Shown: one piece after another, positions 53,790-64,000 of the stretch | How positions within the stretch are numbered: position 1 is the stretch's first letter | Layout of the letters: each line of letters starts with the position of its first letter | Source: Octopus vulgaris | Lineage: Eukaryota | DNA: 64,000 nt | NCBI GenBank assembly: GCA_951406725.2 | Contig: OX597836.1 | Span: 14,074,001-14,138,000, forward strand | Reading direction: 5' to 3' | Notes under the pieces: model-generated | The model's database searches: none | Seen by the model: the letters and a program-made list of their open reading frames with translations, nothing else | What the model was told of the DNA's origin: nothing | Translations under genes and position numbers: made by a program

Positions 53790-54328
53790 TTAATAGTGCA
53801 GAATGGGGTTAGGCAGCTCTCAGAGTTTATATTTGTTAAGTGTCACCTCTGTTTATATTAAGTGTTGCCTTTCAGGTGTTTTAACACCCAGTGCTTTGAG
53901 AGGGTCATCTCCACTATATCAAATCACAGCTGACAAGCTAAGTAGATACATTGTGTATGCATGTTTGACAATGTTTACAATGCTCATGCTGCTTCTAATC
54001 TGATCCTACATGTGCATTGTTCAGGCTACCAGAAGATGGGTTTGAAACCATTTTACATATAGCCATGGACTGGCTATTCAATCTACCTCAGGTTCAGTTC
54101 AGGTACATGATGTTGATAAGCCACAAAATATAGCAAAACACCAATGTCCATTGCACCTGGACTGGCTCCTGTGCAGGTGGCACGTAAAAAGCACCATTTG
54201 AGCGTGGCCGTTACCAGTACTGCCTGACTGGCCCTCATGCTGGTGGCACATAAAAGCACCCACTACACTCTCGGAGTGGTTGGCATTAGGAAGGGCATCA
54301 AGCTGTAGAAACTCTGCCAGATCAGATT

Positions 54329-54481
54329 CTTCTTGTCTTGAGACAGCATTCACCCGGGGTGGGTTGAGCTGGCTTCATTCATCCTCAATGCTGCATCTCT
54401 CACAAACGTCAACCAGGCCTGGCGATTTGAGGCTAACGACCATGTCATCTCCAACCACTTCCTATTCCACTGGCGATAGGG
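54329..54481 (-). mobile_element. Short 3' fragment of the same RTE family, inserted in a SINE with a 10-bp TSD
   Basis: Closely matches 45595-45733. It is flanked by AGATCAGATT at 54319-54328 and 54482-54491. Confidence 0.8.
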
Positions 54482-54585
54482 AGATCAGATTGGAGTCTGG
54501 TGCAGCCATCTGGTTCGCCAGACCTCAGTCAAATCGTCCAACCCACGCTAGCACGGAAAGCAGACGTTAAATGATGATGATGATG

Positions 54586-54627
<42 letters not shown>

Positions 54628-55268
54628 TTTTGTTATATTTTCAATCTGTTGTTGATGTTTGTATTACACTGTCGTGTAGCTACACTCATTTCAGTACATT
54701 GGCACACAGCCTATTGGATAGAGACAGACAAATCAACTTTGTAAATATCAAAAACCTATCGCCAATACCAACAACCCACCCCCACAAACATACACATACA
54801 ACCCCCGCCCCCAACCCCACCACCCACTCCTCCCCATCTACTTAACTCACCAATCTCATAAGCCCAGTTCACCTATCTCTCTTATCATCTGCTTACCTAT
54901 CTCTCGAAACCCACCTTTCTCTCTTTCCCCTCACACACACACACGCACACACCTATCAACCCATCTCACATTATCTCTGTCTCACTCACTCGTTCACTGT
55001 CTCACCTATATATCAACCTGTCTCACGCTCTCTCTCACACACCTCCATCTATCTATCTATCTATCTATCTATATATCAACCCAGCTAACATCCTTTCTCT
55101 CTCTCTCTCTCTCATACACACAAATTATCTCTATACTTTATCTGTCTCTCACTCACAATCTCTGTCCTTTATTTATCTCTCTATCTGTCATGATCTTTCC
55201 TCTCTGTTTATCTCATCATCTCTCCACCACTCTTATTGTTTTCTCTCTCTCTCTCTCTCTCGACATAC

Positions 55269-55555
55269 CTTGCTCTATATCTCTAGACCCCTCCACCACC
55301 ACCAGCTCCTCATCCAAGACAGAAAAATTATGGAGACAATAAATATGAATATGTTAATCTGAATAAAAGCTCAAACATATAATGACAGCAATGCCACAGA
55401 GCCACCGGATGGCTGTGAGGGGTTCCTGTCTCTGACGCTAACAAGATGAGGTGTGAAGTAAGACCAGATGGACACGGTGAAGGAATAAACTGAAAGACGC
55501 AGAAACCATGGACAAACTGTAAGGAGGGCAACTGATAGAGAGGAAGGTGAGGTGG
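55269..55555 (-). other. Candidate non-coding (5'UTR) exon
   Basis: Unique sequence between microsatellite blocks, bounded by acceptor ctctatctctcttcAG and strong donor CAAG|GTATGT on the gene's strand. No convincing protein. Confidence 0.3.
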
Positions 55556-57078
55556 CTGAAGAGAGATAGAGAGAGAAACTATGCAATTGTGTGTGAGATA
55601 GAGACTGTAAGGTTGTGTGTGTGTGTGTGTGTGTGTGTACATGTGAGTGAGACTGTATGGTGTGTGTGAGTGTGTGAGAGAGAAACTGAACAACTGTGTG
55701 TGTGTGTGTGTGTGTGTGTATGTTTGACAGACTGTATGGTGTGTGAGAGAGAGAGAGACTGTACAATTGTGTGTAAGAGAGAGAGTGAGACTGTTAGAGA
55801 GTGTGTGTATGTGAGTGAGAAAGACTATGGTATATGCGTGAGTGCGTGTGTGTACATGTGAGAGAGAGACTGTGTGAGTGTGTGAGAGAGAGACTGTATG
55901 GTAAGTGTGTGTGAGAGAGAGACTGTACAACTGTGTGTATGTATATGTGTGTGTGTGTATGTGTGACACACTATATGGTGTGAGAGAGAGAGACTGTACA
56001 ATTGTGTATGAGAGAGGAAGAGAGAGAGAGAGAGAGATTGTAAGTGTGTGCGTGTGTGTGTGAGACTATGGTGTGTGTGTGTGTGTATGAGTGAGAAAGA
56101 GAAAGACTACATGTGAAAGACTGTGTATGACAGTATTAGAGTGTACGTGAACCATACTGTATGAACACCATAGTGTATGTGCACCAGAGTGTATGTGCAC
56201 AAGTGTGGGTGTACCAAAATGTACGCATAACATTGTACACATGGCTTTTTAAAGTGCATGTGCTTCACACCTCACACCTTAGAGCACGCACATGCTAGAC
56301 CCCACACATCCTTGGGTGCGTGTGTCCTACAATGCATGCATGTGTCGTATGTGTGTGGTGTGCATGTACTCCAGACCTCACACATCCTTGTGTGCACGTG
56401 TCCGAGACTTCACATTTCCGAGAGTGCATGTGTGTGTTGGGTGTGTATGTGTACTCTAGACCACACACACATCCTTGAGTGCGTGTGTCTTGGACAGCAA
56501 ATTTCTTAGAGTGCGTGTGTGTGTTTGTGTGTACTCCAGGCCTCACATGTTCTAATAGAGTGTGTGTCGCCTGGCAGAATCATTAGCACGCCGGGCGAAA
56601 TGCGTAACCGTATTTCGTCTGCCGTTACGTTCTGAGTTCAAATTACGCCGAGGTCGACTTTGCCTTTAATCCTTTCGGGGTCAATAAATTAAATACCAGT
56701 TACACACTGGGGTCAATGTAATCGACTTAATCCCTTTGTCTGTCCTTGTTTGACCCCTCTATGTTTAGCCCCTTGTGAGCAATAAAGAAATAACTGTACA
56801 TTTCTTAGAGTGAATGCTTGTGTGTGTATATGTTCCAGTGCTCACATGTTCTAGAGAGAGTGTGTGTATGTGTGTGTGTATGTCCCTATGCTCTTATGCA
56901 GACTCAAGGGTGTGTCCCAGACCTCACACATCATAGAGTGTGTGTATATCCTATGGTGTTTGTCTACTAGCGTGCATATGTAGTACAAGTGTACCTGAGT
57001 GCAAGCATGCCATAGGGTGCATGCTACAGTGTACACTTGCAAGAGCACATGCAAGTGACAAAGTATACAAGTGTAATA

Positions 57079-57139
<61 letters not shown>

Positions 57140-57613
57140 CAAGTTTTAACTAAGATGAAGCAGATAATATAAAACAGTGGAAGTCAGAAAGTAAAAGAAA
57201 TATGTGGAGGTGGTGGTGAAGCTAGCAAGCTGGCAGAAACGTTAGCACGCCGGGCGAAATGCGTTGTGAGTTCAAATTCCGTCGAGGTCGACTTTGCCTT
57301 TCATCCTTTCGGGGTCGATAAATTAAGTACCAGCTACACACTGGGGTCGATATAATCGACTTAATCCGTTTGTCTGTCCTTGTTTGTCCCCTCTGTGTTT
57401 AGCCCCTTGTGGGTAGTAAAGAAATAGGTATGATGGTAGTGGGGGGTTGTAATGCAAATGAAGATGGTTCTCATGGTAATGGCATTGATGGCAGTGGCAC
57501 TGGTGATAATGGTTGTATGGCTCCAAAAACAACAGTCCTGATTGACTGATTGCATAGCAAGTCAGTGGTTGGCAGAACGATGAGGGGAGACCGACTCAGA
57601 GGTGTGACTGACA

Positions 57614-57899
57614 CAGAGGGGTGACCAACCCAGAGGGGTGACCAACCCAGAGGGGTGACCAACCCAGAGGGGTGACCAACCCAAAGGGGTGACCAACCCA
57701 GAGGGGTGACCAACCCAGAGGGGTGACCAACCCAGAGGGGTGACCAACCCAGAGGGGTGACCAACCCAGAGGGGTGACCAACCCAGAGGGGTGACCAACC
57801 CAGAGGGGTGACCAACCCAGAGGGGTGACCAACCCAGAGGGGTGACCAACCCAGAGGGGTGACCAACCCAGAGGGGTGACCAACCCAGAGGGGTGACCC
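57614..57899 (+). repeat. 17-bp minisatellite (AGGGGTGACCAACCCAG) x about 17
   Basis: Near-perfect array with one variant unit. Confidence 0.97.
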
Positions 57900-58082
57900 A
57901 CTTATTCGTCTTTCCAGTTATCCCCACATCACCCAACTGCAAACCACACCACACACACACACACACAGATGTACAATAACAAATCATATAAGGATGCAGA
58001 TAGGTGATCATCACTAGGGCTGGAACCATGTAGAAAAAAAAATGCATCTAGCACACTTTGTAAAGCGGTTGGTGGTAAAAAG

Positions 58083-58353
58083 CAGGGCTGTGGAGCCGAA
58101 ACGAAAAACTTCGATTCTGATTTCGACTCCTGTACCATTGGCACCTTCACCTCCGACTCCTCTTTATGTAATTAAGTGATTGTGGTCTCCATATCTCATA
58201 AAGCATATGCATGTCTTTGAATAGGCTTATATGTTATAACTGGTTTATATTAAAGAATAAAGATATTGTGAGTCGGAATCAGAGTCAGTAAAGTTTTACT
58301 GACTCTGACTCCAGCTACACCTTAATTGTTTCAGACTCCGACTCCACAGCCCT
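58083..58353. mobile_element. MITE, probably hAT-type
   Basis: TIRs CAGGGCTGTGGAG / CTCCACAGCCCTG with subterminal GACTCC repeats. Degenerate 8-bp flanks gtaaaaag / ttaaaaat lie inside a SINE motif. Confidence 0.6.
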
Positions 58354-58459
58354 GTTAAAAATGGCATCCAGTGTTGTAGAAACCACATCACATCACAGCA
58401 TACATTGTATTTTATTATATATATATATATATAAAGCGGCATATGTACACTTTGTTCTC

Positions 58460-58505
<46 letters not shown>

Positions 58506-58779
58506 GTTTGTGTGTATGTATGCATGTATGTATGTATGCATGTACATATATATTTATGTGTGTGTGTTTGTGTTTATCCCCTCACCGTTGCTTGGCAACC
58601 AACGTTGGTGTGTTTATATCCTTGTAGCTTAGCGATCCAGCAAAAGAAAACCGATAGAATAAGTACTAGGCTTTACAAAGAATAAGTCCTGGGGTCGACT
58701 AAACAATCCTTCAAGGTGGTGTTCCAGCATGGCCACAGTCAAATGACTGAAACAAGTAAAACGATAAAAGAGTAAAAGA

Positions 58780-59182
58780 AAAATCTTTTCTACTCTAGGC
58801 ACAAGGCCTGAAATTTTGGGGCAGGGGGGACAATCAATTAGATCGACCCCAGTATGCAACTGGTACTTAACTTATCGACCCCAAAAGGATGAAAGGTGAA
58901 GCTGACCTCGGCGGAATTTCAACTCAGAACATAAAGACAGACGAAATACTTATTTCTTTACTACCCACAAGGGGCTAAACACAAAGAGGACAAACAAGGA
59001 CAGACAAACGGATTAAGTCGGTTACATCAACCCCAGTGCGTAACTGGTACTTAATTTATCGACCCCGAAAGGATGAAAGGTGAAGTTGACCTCGGCGGAA
59101 TTTGAACTCAGAACATGGAGACAGGCGAAATACCGCTAAGCATTTCGCCCGGCGTGCTAACGTTTCTGTCAGCTCGTCGCCT
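58780..59182 (-). mobile_element. SINE family 2 one-headed dimer
   Basis: Head-body-tailB-body-tailA arrangement. Confidence 0.8.
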
Positions 59183-59619
59183 GAGTAAAAGAATAATAGA
59201 TTCATTCACAGAATGTCAATTACTTCCAATTCTTCACATTATGATGCCAGTTTGTTGTTCAATAAACAGGGAGATTAATTGCCTAATTTTGAAATTGGTC
59301 GGGGGTGGGCATCGCTCATTGTATTAACATAAAAGTGGCCGAATGCTTCCACAGACACACATGTACTCTTAATGTTATTTTCAGCCAGAATCAGCACGAC
59401 ACAATGTGTGTCAATGTGAGGCTAGAGATTTGAATTATGGGTATGGTTCCATCCATCAGGTCTCCACATGATTTCTCTGTCAACTCAATTGTCACTCACA
59501 AAGTTTGGGTTGATTTTTTTGAGTCACGCAGGGGAAGTGAACTTGGGACTTTGTGAATGCAAAGTGAATTTCTTAACTGGTTTGGCGAAGCTGTGTTGCT
59601 TATTCCATACATGTGATTG

Positions 59620-60420
59620 AGTGAGGGTGAGTGACGGTGAGTGTATGAGAGAGAGAGAGGGTGAGTGTATGAAAGAGAGAGGGTGTGTATGAAAGAGAGA
59701 GCGTGTGTATGTATGTGAGAGTGTGAGAGTGAGAGATAGTGAGAGAGAGAGAGAGAGTGTGTGCGAGAGAGAGTGTGTGCGAGAGAGAGTGTGTGCGAGA
59801 GAGAGTGAGAGAGAGTGTCTGAGAGAGTGAGAGAGAGTGTGTGTGTGAGAGAGTGTGAGAGTGTGTGAGAGAGTGAGAGAGAGTGTGTGAGAGAGAGAGT
59901 GTGTGAGAGAGTGTGTGTGAGAGAGTGTGTGTGAGAGAGTGTGTGTGAGAGAGTGTGTGTGTGAGAGAGAGTGTGTGTGAGAGAGTGTGTGTGAGAGAGT
60001 GTGTGTGAGAGAGTGTGTGTGAGAGAGTGTGTGTGAGAGAGTGTGTGTGAGAGAGTGTGTGTGAGAGAGTGTGTGTGAGAGAGTGTGTGTGAGAGAGTGT
60101 GTGTGAGAGAGTGTGTGTGAGTGTGTGTGAGAGAGAGTGAGAGAGAGTGAGAGTGAGAGAGAGTGTGTGTGTGTGTGTGTGTGTGAGAGATAGAGAAAGA
60201 GTGAGTGTATGAGAGAGATAGAGAGAGTGTGAATGTATGAGAGAGAGCGTGTGTATGTATGTGAGAAGGAGTGTGTGAGAGAGTGTGTGAGAGTGTGTGT
60301 GAGAGAGTGTGAGAGAGAGTGTGAGAGAGAGTGTGTCAGAGAGAGTGTGTCAGAGAGTGAGAGAGAGAGGAGAGAGAGAAAGATTGTGTGTGTATGAGAG
60401 AATGTTAGCGTGTATGAGAG
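59620..60420. repeat. Compound (GA)n(GT)n microsatellite with about 14-bp higher-order periodicity
   Basis: gagagagtgtgtgt repeated. Confidence 0.93.
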
Positions 60421-60898
60421 AATATGACTGTGTTAGTGTGCATGCGTAAACACAGTAGATTAATGGCTCCATGTCTAGTCATCCAGTAATGGAATCACCA
60501 CCATGCTAACACAAACACTAACTACAGCACTAACCATCAACAATAACTACCACCACCACACACCAACACTAACTGTAGAACATATGCCTGCATTTCACAT
60601 CCAGCCCCAAGCCCTAAATTTTCAGTACCTGTATCTGAAATCAATAGTCCCAAAGGGGCAGAGGTGGGATCAACCAGGCTGAGTCACCTTGAATCTACTA
60701 CACAAAGAAACACCTTTCAATAATGACCTAAACGACCTGTTCAGGTTTATGGAATATCAATGAACAAAAGGTATAAAACACATTCATATGTATATAGGGA
60801 CAGACTCAGCTGAGAAGTTCATTTACAACAATCTGGTTTTATGTTCAATCCCAGTGGACAGCAGCTTGGGGGAGAGTGTCATCTACAATATCATTTAA

Positions 60899-61117
60899 CC
60901 CTTTAGTATTTAAACCGGCCATATCCGGCCAAAATATTTAATCTGTTTTATGTTCAAACTAACCAGATCCAGGCTCTCACACCTACCCTACAATGTTATT
61001 CTATATTAAGTAATTACACCATCAAGATCTTGAAGATATGAGATAATGCATGATTAATTCAAATCAATGGGAATCAATAAGCATTATGTTTGATAGAATA
61101 ATCAGAACACTAAAGGG
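60899..61117. mobile_element. piggyBac-type MITE, family A
   Basis: TTAA|CCCTTTAGT...ACTAAAGGG|TTAA. Confidence 0.8.
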
Positions 61118-61407
61118 TTAAGTTGATAAATGCCCTGTGAGTGAACTTTGTGAATCTTTTCTGTTTGGTTGCACCGGTGAAAATTTTAAAGTTTAGTGAA
61201 AATTTTACAATTTGGTGTAATTTGAGGTAATTTTCCTTGCTGGATCTCAGGAGATAATTCACTTTTTTTCCAGAAATTTTTTTTTTTTTTCAAAAAGTTA
61301 CAGTGGTTTAAAGTTTGATCATTTTTACCCAGTTGGAAAACAAGATTTGGAAGATGTCATTTTGTACATGACAGCACATGTTGTCAAGTGTAAACAAATG
61401 AATTATA

Positions 61408-61795
61408 GGGGCAGGAGGGGCTGTGTGGTAAGTAGCTTGCTTACCAACCACATGGTCCCAGGGTTCAGTCCCACTGCATGGCACCTTGGGCAAGTGTCTT
61501 CTACTATAGCCTCGGGCTGACCAAAGCCTTGTGAGTGAATTTGATAGACGAAAACTGGAAGAAGCCCGTCGTATATGTGTGTGTTTTTGCATGTGTTCCC
61601 ACCCACATCATCACTTGACAACTGCTGTTGGTGTGTTTATGTCCCTGCGACTTAGCAGTTTGGCAAAAGAAACCAAAAGAATAAGTACTATGCTTGAAAA
61701 TAAGTCCTGGGGTCAAACTATTCGACAAAAACCCTTCAAAGCAGTGCTCCAGCATGGTCGCAGACAAATGACTGAAAAAGTAAAAGAATTAAAGA
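61408..61795 (+). mobile_element. SINE family 1
   Basis: Family 1 homology. Confidence 0.8.
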
Positions 61796-61982
61796 ATATA
61801 TATAACAAAAGGTTTCTTTCAGTTTCCATCTATCAAATCCACCGAGAAGGCTTTGGTTGGCCCATGGCAATAGTAGAAAACACCCAAAGTGGTACACAGT
61901 GGAACTGAACCCAGGATCACATGGTTGGGAAGCATGCATATGTGTGTGTGTGTGTGTGTGTGTCTGTCTGTGTGTGTGTGTC

Positions 61983-62028
<46 letters not shown>

Positions 62029-62273
62029 GCTGTTTTTATGACAAGTTATGTATAAAAAAAGTCCACATGAAACTGAAAAGTTACTCAGTACTTTTTCATA
62101 GAATGCACACAATTTATTGATTTTCACAAGGATAAAGTTGACAGGGACTTCGAAGTTTCGACTTCCTGACCTTACAGTGCTTCTCTCTCTTTCTCTCTCT
62201 CACACACACACAAACAAAACAAGTTTGAAATTATCAAGTACTTTTAATCATCTGAAATATTATACTCCATTTC

Positions 62274-62343
<70 letters not shown>

Positions 62344-62662
62344 GAGAAAGGTGGATGTGAAAGCATGTGATTAATTGCCTGTATGGGAGTGTATGTCATT
62401 AACCCTTTTAATACTAAACTGTCTGAGAACACCCCCTGCTTCCATGATGTAATTTTCCTGTTTTAAACTGATCTAAACGAAGACATTCTTCCATCAAAAG
62501 TTCACAGCAATTCACGTTCCAAACACTAACTAGAACAAGGAAGGGCATCCAGCTGTAGAAACCATGCCAAAGCAGTTACTGGAGCATGGCGTAATTCTTG
62601 GGCCAATCAAATCCTGGCAAAATTGTCCAACACATGCCAGCATGGAATGTGGGCATTAATTT

Positions 62663-63054
62663 GCTCTTTTACTTGTTTCAGTCATTTGACTGTGCCCGTG
62701 CTGGAGCACCGCCTTTAGTTGAGCAAATCGACCCCAGGACTTATTCTTTGTGAGCATAGTACTTATTCTATCGGTCTCTTTTGCCGAACTGCTAAGTCAC
62801 GGGGACGTAAACACACCACCATCGGTTGTCAAGCAATGTTGGGGAGACAAACATAGACACAAACACACACACACACACACATATATATACGATGGGCTTC
62901 TTTCAGTTTCTGTCTACCAAATCCACTCACAAGGCTTTGGTTGGCCCGAGGCTATAGCAGAAGACACTTGCCCAAGGTGCCACGCAGTGGGAATGAACTT
63001 GGAACCATGCGGTTGGTAAGCAAGCTAATTACCACACAGCCACTCCTATGCCTA
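62663..63054 (-). mobile_element. SINE family 1
   Basis: Family 1 homology. Confidence 0.85.
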
Positions 63055-63357
63055 TTTTACTAAATTATTCATTACTTTCATGATTAATTAATAACAAATG
63101 TGCAGGAGTGGCTGTGTGGTAAAAAGCTTGCTTCCCAACCACATGGTTCTGGGTTCAGTCACACTATGTAGCACTTTGGGTAAGTGTCTCTATGATAGCC
63201 AAAGGCGTGGATTTGGTAGATGGAAACTGAAAGAAGCCTGCCACGTGTGTGTGTCCCACCACCACTTGACGACTTGTGCTGTTGTGTTTACATCCCCATG
63301 ACATAGCAGTTCAGCAAAAGAGAACGATAGAATAAGTACCAGGATTTTAAAGAAATT

Positions 63358-63569
63358 AGCCTCGCCTGGCACCTGTGCCGGTGGCATGTAAAAAGCATCC
63401 ACTACACTCACGGAGTGGTTGACGTTAGGAAGGGCATCCAGCTGTAGAAACATTGCCAGATCAGGCTGGAGCCTGGTGCAGCCCCCTGGCTTCCCAGATC
63501 CCCGGTCGAACCGTCCAACCCATGCTAGCATGGAGAACGGACGTTAAACGATGATGATGATGATGATGA
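63358..63569 (+). mobile_element. SINE family 3 nested in a family 1 SINE (63099-63660)
   Basis: Closely matches 12890-13105. Confidence 0.8.
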
Positions 63570-64000
63570 AACTAGAATAAAAGTACTAGGGTCGATTCAT
63601 TCGACTAAAAATTCAAGGTGGTGCCCCAGCATGGCCGCAGTCTAACGACTGAAAGAAGAGAAAGAATAGAAGAAAGAATACAGTCAATGTATTTCTATAG
63701 AAATAGGGTAACAGAAAAAAGTTGAGAGAGTGCACGCGTGAGTACACATGAAGAGTTTTAACTACACCATTCAAGAAATCAAAATTTCTGATACACAAGC
63801 CTCTTCAAAACTATGTCAACTTGAATAATTAAAACAGTTTCAAGTATATCAGAGTGTGTTTGCCTCTGTCAGAGAATGTATGTGAATGCGTGTGTATATG
63901 TATGTTTGTAAGTGCGTGCATGTATGTATGTATGTATGTATGTATGGGAGTGTGTGCACACAAGAGTATCAATGAGTGTATCCTTCCTCCAAAATCATGG

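Noticed and set aside
57471-58047. GHPSGLVTPLGWSPLWV repeat ORFs
   Set aside because: Translation of a 17-bp minisatellite.

Overview
This is eukaryotic, repeat-saturated DNA. The SINE families and the dense (TA)n/(CA)n/(GA)n microsatellites point to an octopus genome (inference). The window reads as the intron-dominated 5' part of one minus-strand gene, a p85-type PI3K regulatory subunit. Its SH3-encoding exon is 15345-15715, and a phase-compatible 72-nt exon lies at 3602-3673; upstream exons at about 36.5 kb and 55.3 kb are weaker candidates. The rest is mobile or repetitive: at least five SINE families, RTE and CR1 LINE 3' fragments, an internally deleted RTE derivative, two non-autonomous Helitrons, piggyBac-, mariner- and hAT-type MITEs, long hairpins, minisatellites and a tRNA-Glu pseudogene. 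I found no evidence of a novel multi-gene system, and nearly all listed ORFs are repeat artefacts. The most interesting structures are (1) inverted Helitrons bracketing the SH3/start-codon exon, (2) an inverted duplication that preserves an empty Helitron site, (3) a tRNA-Glu/SINE chimeric retrocopy with a TSD, and (4) one-headed SINE multimers with a recurrent junction, suggesting homology-guided insertion. All coordinates were read by eye, and family names come from recalled motifs, not database searches.
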